Assembly: GCA_034660395.1 (NCBI GenBank)
Contig: JAYEJA010000040.1
Location: 4,434 to 68,433, forward strand
Length of the DNA: 64,000 nucleotides
Source: Actinomycetota bacterium
GTDB lineage: Bacteria; Actinomycetota; Humimicrobiia; Humimicrobiales; Humimicrobiaceae
Direction of reading: 5' to 3'
Under the pieces are notes generated by a model. The model worked only from the letters and a program-made list of their open reading frames with translations. It did no database searches and was not told the DNA's origin. The position numbers and the translations under genes were made by a program. Below, in pieces: positions 29,217 to 37,750 of the stretch (within the stretch, counting starts at the first letter, position 1; every line of letters starts with the position of its first letter).

Positions 29217-29909
29217 ATGGCACTAATAGAAAAAGCCCAGGGACGTAAAGTAGACCAATCACCAAGTGGGTATACTCGCTTGTTTGGTATTTCCACGCTG
29301 GGAAATTTAATAAGTAAAGTACACGCAGCATGTATATCTGCGGGAACTGAACTTGAAAGATTTATTTGGGAAAGAGTAAACCAGATAAGCGACCTTGATA
29401 AATTTATAACAGAAACATTGCATAAAAAAGAAGACAGTGGAAAAATATGGGTTGCTATCAAAAGACAGATTAAACAATCAAAAACAATTAATTCAAAATA
29501 TGAACCAGATTTTATCGCTTTTGATTTAAAATTAAGAATGTGCTACGTCATTGAAGTAAAAGACGGAGACCAATTTGATACAAAAAAAGCAAGCGGTGAA
29601 CATAACACACTCCATAATTTTACAAATGATATTTCACACGACTTACCTTTTTCAACAAGAATTTTCATGTGTTGTTTTCATGCAAGAAATATAGAGGAAA
29701 TGTATATTGGTTTGAAAGGTAAATTTTCTAAAGATGAATTAATGACAGGGAAGGATTTATGCTTACTTCTTGGTATAGATTATGATGAAATTATTAAAAT
29801 ACGTACAAGTGACCAGCAGAGAAACCTTGATTACTTTATAAATAGTTTGTTATATATAGATACTATCAAAAATATGATTAAGAAAAGATTAGGCATATTT
29901 AAGATTTAG
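29217..29909 (+). CDS. PD-(D/E)xK nuclease-fold protein, a candidate type II restriction endonuclease partner of the MTase. Its stop codon lies inside the IRR.
   Basis: ..KYEPDFIAFDLKLRMCYVIEVKDGD.. has a PD...(E)VK spacing typical of PD-(D/E)xK nucleases. Leaderless promoter TTGTTA-17-TATAAT-6-ATG at 29182..29216. Confidence 0.5.
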   Translation: MALIEKAQGRKVDQSPSGYTRLFGISTLGNLISKVHAACISAGTELERFIWERVNQISDLDKFITETLHKKEDSGKIWVAIKRQIKQSKTINSKYEPDFIAFDLKLRMCYVIEVKDGDQFDTKKASGEHNTLHNFTNDISHDLPFSTRIFMCCFHARNIEEMYIGLKGKFSKDELMTGKDLCLLLGIDYDEIIKIRTSDQQRNLDYFINSLLYIDTIKNMIKKRLGIFKI

Positions 29910-30043
29910 TGTTTATAAGTATATAAATCCCTTAATTTAAATATAATTAAAAGTTATTTTCCCGAATATGAAAGGGAAATAAAAATATAATAAAAAGATA
30001 AAAAGGTATTTATATTTACACCTGTGGGAAAAGGAGGGAATAA

Positions 30044-30715
30044 GTGGCTGCAATAAGAGAGAATATTAGCAAAATACTTGATGGGCTGCCGGATGGAGTA
30101 CAGCTGGTTGCTGCGGCAAAGAGGAGAAGGCCCGAGGAAATTATGGAGGCTGTTGATGCAGGAGTGAAAATCATAGGGGAAAGCTATATTAAAGAGGCAA
30201 AAAATGCTTATAAACTGATAGGCGGTAAAGCAAAATGGCATTATATAGGTATTCCGCAGATTGAGAAGCATGACCTTTTAAAAAGGAAGAATCTTAAGAT
30301 GTTCAATATGATCCAGACCATTGATAGCATGGAGATTGCAGAGGATATAAACAGGAAGTGTGCAGGATTCGGGAAAGTAATGCCGATTTTAATCGAGGTA
30401 AACAGTGGTAAAGAGCCGCATAAATTCGGGGTCCTTCCTGAAAGGGCTGTAAGTCTGGTTAAAAAGATTTCAACTCTTTCCAATGTAAAGATAATGGGGC
30501 TTATGACCATGGGCCCTCGCCTTGGAGACCCGGAAAAAACAAGGCCGTATTTTAAGAAAACGAGGGAAATATTTGAACGGATTAAAAAAATGAATTTACC
30601 GGGTGTGGAAATGAAATATCTCTCAATGGGTATGACAAACTCATATAAAGTTGCCCTTCAGGAAGGGGCAAATATAGTGAGGGTTGGAAATAAGATTTTC
30701 GGGAAAAGAAAATAA
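30044..30715 (+). CDS. yggS: YggS-family PLP-binding (PLP homeostasis) protein
   Basis: Alanine-racemase N-terminal-domain-like. VAAAKRRRPEEI and MGMTNSY motifs. GTG start with SD AAGGAGGG. Confidence 0.8.
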   Translation: MAAIRENISKILDGLPDGVQLVAAAKRRRPEEIMEAVDAGVKIIGESYIKEAKNAYKLIGGKAKWHYIGIPQIEKHDLLKRKNLKMFNMIQTIDSMEIAEDINRKCAGFGKVMPILIEVNSGKEPHKFGVLPERAVSLVKKISTLSNVKIMGLMTMGPRLGDPEKTRPYFKKTREIFERIKKMNLPGVEMKYLSMGMTNSYKVALQEGANIVRVGNKIFGKRK

Positions 30716-31038
30716 AAGGAGCTTAATTAAGGACAGGCCTGAATCTCTTTTATATAGGATTTAAATTTTTAATATTATGATACTATTAAAACAGTATAAG
30801 TATTGTATTATAGCTTTATAATTCTTTTAGGGAATTTTTTTAATTTCTGTCAGTTTAATGAAATTATAACGGGTCATATTTATCCTGGCTGGAAATTTTT
30901 TTTAAACCAAATTTTATATGCATTGGCAGGCCGGTTTTTGTTTATTTTTATTTCAAAAATTATATAATTAGAAAGTTAAAAAACTAAAAATCCATTGTAT
31001 TGGGAGTTATAAGTAAAAAATTATGTTGAAAGGTTAAT

Positions 31039-31842
31039 TTGGACAACAGGGCAATAGGGGTATTTGATTCAGGAGTTGGCGGACTGACGGTATTAAGGGA
31101 GATAATAAAGAGTGCTCCTGGTGAGAATACAATTTATTTCGGGGATACCAAAAGAGTTCCTTACGGCCCCCGTGATTTAGGTGAAGTTAAGAGATTTGTT
31201 TTTAAAATAACAGGATTTCTTTATGAAAGGAATGTAAAGCTTATCGTCATTGCCTGTAATACTTCTACGGCAGCAGCTTTAAAGGACCTTAAGAAGAATT
31301 ATGATATACCTGTAATAGGAGTAATAGAACCTGGAGCAAGAACTGCTGTTTCCAATACCGTTAATAAGAGAGTTGGAGTCATTGCGACCAGGGGTACTGT
31401 GGAAAGCGATGAATACCGTAAAGAAATTGCCAGGATTGATAAGGAAATAGAAACATTTCAGGTCCCCGCGCCCCTTCTGGTCGAATATATAGAAAATGGT
31501 ATTCTTACAGGGGAAAATCTTGACAGAGCCATTGACGGTTACCTGAAGCCGCTGCTTGATAAGGGGATTGATGTATTAATACTTGGATGCACGCACTTTC
31601 CGTTGATAGAAAAAAGAATTTTGTCCCGCAGCGGTGACGGGATAAGGGTGATAAGCTCGGCAGTGGAAACTGCAAAAGACGTAAAAAAGATACTTGTAGA
31701 TAAAAACCTTGGTGCCGACGGCAGCAGGAAACCGCAGAGGTTTTTTTACGAGACGGGTAGTACCAGTAAGTTTTTAGAGGTTGGAAAAATGTTTTTGGGG
31801 GAAGAGATAAAAGAAGTTAAAAAAACAAAACTTGATATGTAA
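31039..31842 (+). CDS. murI: Glutamate racemase
   Basis: IGVFDSGVGGLTV and IACNTS..GCTHFP motifs. TTG start. Confidence 0.9.
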   Translation: MDNRAIGVFDSGVGGLTVLREIIKSAPGENTIYFGDTKRVPYGPRDLGEVKRFVFKITGFLYERNVKLIVIACNTSTAAALKDLKKNYDIPVIGVIEPGARTAVSNTVNKRVGVIATRGTVESDEYRKEIARIDKEIETFQVPAPLLVEYIENGILTGENLDRAIDGYLKPLLDKGIDVLILGCTHFPLIEKRILSRSGDGIRVISSAVETAKDVKKILVDKNLGADGSRKPQRFFYETGSTSKFLEVGKMFLGEEIKEVKKTKLDM

Positions 31843-31887
31843 TAAAAAATTTAAAAACATTATTTTAACAGGGAAGGTTTGTTAACA

Positions 31888-32616
31888 ATGGTTAAAAGAA
31901 TTGACGGCAGAAAAATTGACCAGCTCAGAGAAATAAAAGTGACCCGCAATTATATATCGCATGCTGACGGCTCGGTATTTATTGAGATGGGTAAGACCAG
32001 GATTGTATGCACAGCTATTGTCGAGGATAAGGTTCCAAAATTTTTAAATGGTAAGGGGTCGGGATGGATAACTGCTGAGTATGATATGATACCCGGTTCA
32101 GCGCCGCAGAGAATAATCAGGCCGCAGACTATGGGAAGAATTAACGGGAGGACCCATGAGATTCAGAGATTGATCGGCAGGTCACTGAGGGCAATAGTTG
32201 ATCTGGGTAAAATAGGTGAGAGGACCGTATGGATAGATTGCGATGTAATTGAAGCTGATGGGGGAACAAGAACCGCTTCAATAACCGGCAGTTTCATTGC
32301 CCTGTTTGATTGCATGCGTTCAATGGTTGATAGGGGAATAATTGATGCCGTGCCCATAGAAGATTTTCTTGCTGCTATAAGCGTGGGGATAGTGGATGAT
32401 GATATTCTGGTTGACCTCTGTTTTAATGAAGATTCAAGGGCGCAGGTTGATATGAATGTAGTAATGAGCTCAAAAGGTGAAATAATTGAGGTCCAGTCAA
32501 CTGCTGAAATAAAACCTTTCTCAAGAGATGATTTTGACAGGATGCTGGAGAAGGCGTCGGGCGCCATTGAAAAGATTATTGAGATTCAGAGAAAGATATT
32601 AAGCCGGAGTTTATAG
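31888..32616 (+). CDS. rph: Ribonuclease PH
   Basis: VKRIDGRKIDQLREIKVTRNY..GSVFIEMGKTRIVC are RNase PH family motifs. The ATG at 31888 is preferred over the upstream TTG. Confidence 0.9.
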   Translation: MVKRIDGRKIDQLREIKVTRNYISHADGSVFIEMGKTRIVCTAIVEDKVPKFLNGKGSGWITAEYDMIPGSAPQRIIRPQTMGRINGRTHEIQRLIGRSLRAIVDLGKIGERTVWIDCDVIEADGGTRTASITGSFIALFDCMRSMVDRGIIDAVPIEDFLAAISVGIVDDDILVDLCFNEDSRAQVDMNVVMSSKGEIIEVQSTAEIKPFSRDDFDRMLEKASGAIEKIIEIQRKILSRSL

Positions 32617-32649
32617 GTAATTTGTTATTTGAATTTTAAGGAATGTTTA

Positions 32650-33246
32650 TTGCAAATAGTTATCGCTTCAAAAAATGAAGGAAAAATAAAAGAGATAAAA
32701 TCTTTCTGTCATGATGCGGTAAAAGTTGAGTGGCTGACTTTTAAGGATTTTGATGGATTTCCGGAAATTATTGAGGATGGTAAGAGTTTTTTGGAAAATG
32801 CTAAAATCAAGGCAAAAGGTATTTCTCTTTATACCGGCAGGACTGCACTTGCAGATGACTCGGGGCTGGAAGTTGACTTTTTGGGCGGCAGGCCTGGAGT
32901 AAAGTCGTCAAGATACAGCGGGGAGGATGCAACTGATAAGCAGAACAGGGATAAACTGCTTGAGGAGCTGGATGGCGTAAAAGAAATTTCTGAAAGGGCC
33001 GCAAGATTCGTATGCAGCATGGTGCTCTGGGATCCTAAAAAAGGTTTTGTTTCTGAAGCCAGGGGCAAATGCGAGGGCTCTATAGGGTTTGAAGAGAAGG
33101 GAAGCAGCGGTTTCGGATATGATTGCATTTTTATTCCAGCGGGGTACAATAAAACGATGGCCCGGCTGGAACCCGAAGAAAAAAACAGGATAAGCCACAG
33201 GGGAAGGGCTCTTAAGGTTCTTTATGAGTTTATTGTAAATTTTTAG
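32650..33246 (+). CDS. rdgB: Non-canonical purine NTP pyrophosphatase (RdgB/HAM1)
   Basis: IVIASKNEGKIKE N-terminus, ..FGYD..F C-terminal motif. TTG at 32650 with SD AAGGAA. The ORF track starts at 32629. Confidence 0.85.
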   Translation: MQIVIASKNEGKIKEIKSFCHDAVKVEWLTFKDFDGFPEIIEDGKSFLENAKIKAKGISLYTGRTALADDSGLEVDFLGGRPGVKSSRYSGEDATDKQNRDKLLEELDGVKEISERAARFVCSMVLWDPKKGFVSEARGKCEGSIGFEEKGSSGFGYDCIFIPAGYNKTMARLEPEEKNRISHRGRALKVLYEFIVNF

Positions 33247-33295
33247 ATTTATGTTATCATTTTTCGTGCTAAATTTTTGGGAATTTTGAAATGAA

Positions 33296-33374
33296 CGGGG
33301 TGTAGCGCAGTTTGGTTTAGCGCACCTGCTTTGGGAGCAGGGGGTCGGAGGTTCAAATCCTCTCACCCCGACCA
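33296..33374 (+). tRNA. tRNA-Pro(TGG)
   Basis: CGGGGTG acceptor, anticodon loop CTTTGGGAG, T-arm GGTTCAAATCC, CCA encoded. Confidence 0.85.
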
Positions 33375-33380
33375 GTACGG

Positions 33381-33456
33381 GCGGGAATAGCTCAATTGGT
33401 AGAGCGTCAGCCTTCCAAGCTGAAGGTCGCGGGTTCGATCCCCGTTTCCCGCTCCA
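33381..33456 (+). tRNA. tRNA-Gly(TCC)
   Basis: GCGGGAATAGCTCAATTGGTAGAGC, anticodon loop CTTCCAA, CCA encoded. Confidence 0.85.
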
Positions 33457-33501
33457 ATTTTTTGAAAAAAAATTATTTGGCATAATGTTTTATGCGATTT
33501 T

Positions 33502-33578
<77 letters not shown>

Positions 33579-33694
33579 GAAATAAAGGCCGGAAGCGGAT
33601 ATGCCGCCTGGCAGGGGTATTGATTGGTTCTGGCAAATTTTTATACCGTATTATAAGTAAGGTATAGGTTGTATAATTTATTTGAAAATTATAT

Positions 33695-33771
33695 GGTGAG
33701 AATAGCTCAGCTGGCAGAGCACAGGATTGTGGATCCTGGGGTCGCGGGTTCGATCCCCGTTTCTCACCCCA
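33695..33771 (+). tRNA. tRNA-His(GTG) with an extra 5' G(-1)
   Basis: G-GTGAGAATAGCTCAGCTGG.., anticodon loop TTGTGGA. Confidence 0.85.
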
Positions 33772-33785
33772 TATTTTTTAGTTTT

Positions 33786-33862
33786 GCGCCTGTAGCTCAG
33801 CTGGATAGAGCGTCGGACTTCGAATCCGTGCGTCGGGGGTTCGAATCCCTCCAGGCGCGCCA
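33786..33862 (+). tRNA. tRNA-Arg(TCG)
   Basis: Same backbone as the Arg(TCT) gene, with anticodon loop CTTCGAA. Confidence 0.8.
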
Positions 33863-33907
33863 TATATAATTTAGAGAAGCCGGTATAGCCGGGTTTAGGA
33901 TGTAAAT

Positions 33908-33983
33908 GGGCCGTTAGCTCAGCTGGTAGAGCACCTGACTCTTAATCAGGGTGTCACAGGTTCGATCCCTGTACGGCTCACCA
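33908..33983 (+). tRNA. tRNA-Lys(CTT)
   Basis: GGGCCGTTAGCTCAGCTGGTAGAGC, anticodon loop CTCTTAA. Confidence 0.85.
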
Positions 33984-33992
33984 TTTTAATTG

Positions 33993-34079
33993 GCGAGAGT
34001 GGCGGAACTGGCAGACGCGCTAGACTTAGGATCTAGTGGGGTAAAACCTGTAGGGGTTCAAGTCCCCTCTCTCGCACCA
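33993..34079 (+). tRNA. tRNA-Leu(TAG), class II
   Basis: GCGAGAGTGGCGGAACTGGCAGACGC, anticodon loop CTTAGGA, long variable arm. Confidence 0.85.
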
Positions 34080-34384
34080 GGAAAGATAAAGCTATTTTGA
34101 ATACATGATATTTGCTATGATGTATTTTCTTAAGGTCAATTCTATACCTGATAGAAAATTTGCAATGATTAAAGTATCTTAATTTAGTAAAATACAGGCA
34201 CTATGGTATCCATATATATGATAATTCAGGTACTAATGTTTTAAAATCTACCAAATTGATTGGTACTTTTTGGTAAACAGGGCTTTTATTCGTAAGCCGT
34301 AAGTTTGTATTTTATTTATTTTCTATTATAATAAATGACTTAGCGTGGAAATAGGAAAAACTAATATTTTTAGGAGGAATTTAA

Positions 34385-35761
34385 TTGAGTTTTAAGATAA
34401 GAAGCCAGAAAAAAATTGACTTGAACAAGGTTAAACTGGTTGTAGAGATAACCAATAATATTTTAAAAAAGAATATCAGTAAGGCATATGATAATATATC
34501 ATCCAGGGCAAATATGCCCGGTTTCAGGAAGGGAAAGATACCTTATAAGGTAATAGATTTAAATTATGGAAAACAGTATGTGCTCAATGAAGCAGCAAGT
34601 CTGTCCATCTCCGAGCTGTATCCGGATATAATTAAACAGTCCGGTTTAAGTCCGATAGATTACCCGAGAATAAGGATTAACCAGCTTAAAGAAGACCTCC
34701 CGCTGGGTTTTGAATTAGAGCTTGACCTTGAGCCGGAAATAGAGCTTCCAAGATATAAGGGTATAAGGGTTACCGGAATTTCTACTGATGTATCGGATGA
34801 AGAATTAAATACTCAGATAGACAATATAAGGGGAAACTTTGCTTCTCTTGAACCGGTCGGGGATGAGAGGCCTGTTAAAAAAGGCGATTATGTCACGCTT
34901 GATTTTGACGGTAAGATTGAAGGAGAGCCGTTCAGCGGCAGCAGTGAGCAGGATTATCTTCTCGAGGTTGGGTCAGACACCATGTTTACCGATTTTGAGA
35001 ATTCGCTTATAGGAGTAAAAAAGGGAGAGATTAAAGAAGTTTCCCTGAAGCTGCCCGAAGACTCCAAAGATAAAGAAACCGCAGGGAAGAAAGCGGATTA
35101 TAAGATATCGGTAAAGGAAATAAAAGCCAAAAAACTGCCCGAGCTGGATGAAGCATTCTTAAAGAATATGGGGGATTACGAAGATGAGGAAGATTTCAGG
35201 AAAACTTTAAAGGAAAAGCTGGTCGAGCAGAAGGAAAATTTCAGAAAAGAAAAGATAGTGAAAGAAATCCTGGACCATATGGTTGATAACATGAAATCCA
35301 GTGTTCCTGAAGTAATGATAAAAAGAAGGGTCAAGCAGATTAATGAAGAAATTGACAAGAATTTAAAAAACCAGAATATAACCAGGAAAGATTATATTAA
35401 TGCAGTTAAAATTACGGAAGATAAATTAAATAAGGAGATAAGGGATAGAGCCGAAAGAGAAATAAAGGAGTATTTGATTTTTAAGGCATTGGAAAAAGCA
35501 GAAAGGAAAAATATCGAGCTCCCGGAAGATGAGGTAAACAAAGAGAAGGAAAATATATTAACAAGATATAAAAGTGAAGAAGATATTAAAAAAGTTAAAA
35601 AATTCTTTGAAAGTGAAGATGGCAGGGAAACCATCGTGCAGACTTTAAAGAGGAGAAAAATAATTGACATACTCGTAAACAATGCAAAAATAGAAGAAAT
35701 TAAAGATAAAACAGGAGATGACAGAAAGAATAAAAAGTTGTGGACTCCTGGGTCAAAGTAA
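34385..35761 (+). CDS. tig: Trigger factor
   Basis: PGFRKGKIPYKVI ribosome-binding motif, PPIase and C-terminal domains, 458 aa. TTG start after SD AGGAGG. Confidence 0.9.
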   Translation: MSFKIRSQKKIDLNKVKLVVEITNNILKKNISKAYDNISSRANMPGFRKGKIPYKVIDLNYGKQYVLNEAASLSISELYPDIIKQSGLSPIDYPRIRINQLKEDLPLGFELELDLEPEIELPRYKGIRVTGISTDVSDEELNTQIDNIRGNFASLEPVGDERPVKKGDYVTLDFDGKIEGEPFSGSSEQDYLLEVGSDTMFTDFENSLIGVKKGEIKEVSLKLPEDSKDKETAGKKADYKISVKEIKAKKLPELDEAFLKNMGDYEDEEDFRKTLKEKLVEQKENFRKEKIVKEILDHMVDNMKSSVPEVMIKRRVKQINEEIDKNLKNQNITRKDYINAVKITEDKLNKEIRDRAEREIKEYLIFKALEKAERKNIELPEDEVNKEKENILTRYKSEEDIKKVKKFFESEDGRETIVQTLKRRKIIDILVNNAKIEEIKDKTGDDRKNKKLWTPGSK

Positions 35762-35774
35762 ATGAAAAGGTGAG

Positions 35775-36374
35775 ATGATGGAGATGAATAACAATTATTT
35801 AGTTCCGATGGTAATTGAGCAAACTAACAGGGGGGAGCGTTCTTTTGATATTTACTCCCGCCTTCTTAAAGAAAGAATTATTTTTCTGGGAGTTGCCGTT
35901 GATGATAATGTGGCAAATCTGGTCATGGCCCAGATGCTGCATCTGGAAGCGGAAGACCCGGAAAAAGATATTCAATTATATATAAACAGTCCCGGCGGAA
36001 TTGTGACTTCCGCACTTGCCGTATATGATACAATGCAGTTTATAAAGTCTCCGGTATCAACTATCTGTATCGGGCAGGCAGCAAGTGCAGCTGCAGTTCT
36101 TCTTCTGGCGGGAGAGAAAGGGAAGAGATCCTCTCTGCCCAATTCAAGGGTTATGCTGCATCAGCCGTCAGGGGGTGTTTCAGGAACTACCATTGACGTT
36201 GAAATTCATGCAAAGGAAATGGTAAGGATAAGAGCTCTATTAAATGAAATAATTGCAAAACATACGAAGCAGGATGTAAAAAGAGTGGAAAAAGATACCG
36301 AGAGAGATTTCATATTAAGCGCGGAAGAGGCAAAAAAATACGGTATTGTAGATGAAGTAATTTATAAAAAGTAA
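35775..36374 (+). CDS. clpP: ATP-dependent Clp protease proteolytic subunit
   Basis: [19 protein letters not shown], active-site GQAASAAA (Ser) and His/Asp context. Confidence 0.95.
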   Translation: MMEMNNNYLVPMVIEQTNRGERSFDIYSRLLKERIIFLGVAVDDNVANLVMAQMLHLEAEDPEKDIQLYINSPGGIVTSALAVYDTMQFIKSPVSTICIGQAASAAAVLLLAGEKGKRSSLPNSRVMLHQPSGGVSGTTIDVEIHAKEMVRIRALLNEIIAKHTKQDVKRVEKDTERDFILSAEEAKKYGIVDEVIYKK

Positions 36375-36468
36375 AAGTATGGTAGATTTTCATTTGAAAA
36401 CATAAGAAATATATCACGCATTATAAAATATTAATTTTTAAGGAAGCCAATAAGGAGAGTGTATAAAT

Positions 36469-37749
36469 TTGTCATCTGAGGATAAAAAAAATGGTGATTT
36501 TTTAAAGTGTTCTTTCTGTGGTAAATCTCAAAAACAGGTAAAAAAGCTTATTGCGGGTCCGGGAGTTTATATCTGCAACGAGTGTGTTGACCTGTGTAAT
36601 GAGATTATTAATGAAGAATTAAAGGAACAGAAAAAAGTTGATTTCAGCAACCTGCCGAGACCCGGGGAGATATATTCAATTTTAAATGATTACGTGGTCG
36701 GGCAGGAACGTGCAAAAAAAGTCCTATCTGTAGCGGTTTATAACCATTATAAAAGGGTTAAGTATGAGGATAAGCTGAAGCAGGACGATACCGAAATAGA
36801 AAAGAGCAATATTATGCTTATAGGTCCCACCGGATGCGGTAAGACGCTGCTGGCGCAGACACTGGCCAGGATATTAAATGTTCCGTTCTGCATAGCTGAT
36901 TCAACGTCCCTGACGGAAGCAGGTTATGTAGGTGAGGATGTAGAGAATATATTGCTGAGATTAATACAGGCGGCAGATTTTGATATTAAAAGAGCTGAAA
37001 CGGGAATTATTTATCTGGACGAGATAGACAAAATAAGCCGCAAATCGGAAAACCCCTCCATTACAAGGGATGTATCGGGGGAAGGAGTCCAGCAGGCACT
37101 GCTTAAAATCCTGGAAGGCACCGAAGCAAATGTCCCTCCCCAGGGAGGAAGGAAACATCCGCATCAGGATTTCATACAGATTAATACAAGTAATATACTT
37201 TTTATATGCGGCGGTTCATTCAGCGGACTGGAAAGTATAATCGAAAAGAGGATAAACAAGAGCAGTATAGGATTTGTTTCAGGCAAAATACCTGCTCAGT
37301 CTAAAAAGGTAGATAAGCTGCTTCCGCAGGCAATGCCTGAAGATTTATTAAAATACGGCCTGATTCCAGAACTTATCGGAAGGCTGCCGGTAATAAGCAC
37401 GCTGTCCAATCTTACTGAAGATGACCTTATAAAAATTCTGGTTGAACCTAAAAATTCCCTGGTAAAGCAGTATGAGAAGATGTTTAAAATGGATGATGTC
37501 AGTCTGGAGTTCACTGATGATGCCTTAAGGGAGATTTCAAAGCTTGCTTCAAAGAGGGGCTCGGGAGCCAGGGGCTTAAGGGCGATAATGGAAGAAGTTA
37601 TGCTGAACGTGATGTTCGAGATACCGGACCGTAAGGATATTGATAAATGCATAATAAACAGGGAAGTTATAAAGGATAAGGTTGAACCCGAGATACTGGG
37701 AAGGTCGAATAATAAAGTATTTCTGAAAGATGAGGAAAAATCAGCTTAA
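36469..37749 (+). CDS. clpX: ATP-dependent Clp protease ATPase subunit ClpX
   Basis: N-terminal zinc finger CSFCGKS..CNEC, Walker A GPTGCGKT. Confidence 0.95.
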   Translation: MSSEDKKNGDFLKCSFCGKSQKQVKKLIAGPGVYICNECVDLCNEIINEELKEQKKVDFSNLPRPGEIYSILNDYVVGQERAKKVLSVAVYNHYKRVKYEDKLKQDDTEIEKSNIMLIGPTGCGKTLLAQTLARILNVPFCIADSTSLTEAGYVGEDVENILLRLIQAADFDIKRAETGIIYLDEIDKISRKSENPSITRDVSGEGVQQALLKILEGTEANVPPQGGRKHPHQDFIQINTSNILFICGGSFSGLESIIEKRINKSSIGFVSGKIPAQSKKVDKLLPQAMPEDLLKYGLIPELIGRLPVISTLSNLTEDDLIKILVEPKNSLVKQYEKMFKMDDVSLEFTDDALREISKLASKRGSGARGLRAIMEEVMLNVMFEIPDRKDIDKCIINREVIKDKVEPEILGRSNNKVFLKDEEKSA

Positions 37750-37750
37750 A

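Larger units (their letters stand above)
27147..29931 (+). mobile_element. IS1595-family transposable unit with cargo (transposase, DNA methyltransferase, tRNA-like sequence, PD-(D/E)xK protein). It has 25-bp perfect terminal inverted repeats and an 8-bp TSD.
   Basis: IRL 27147..27171 GGGATTTATATACTTATAAACACTA is the exact reverse complement of IRR 29907..29931. Flanking direct repeats TTAATTTA at 27139..27146 and 29932..29939. Confidence 0.9.

Noticed and set aside
32908-33483. 191-aa minus-strand ORF (and the ORFs 33669..33869 + and 33678..33863 -) overlapping the tRNA cluster
   Set aside because: These are antisense or readthrough translations of tRNA genes (GFEPPT..., SNPRPS... are typical tRNA-antisense artefacts). 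The region is fully explained by seven tRNAs.
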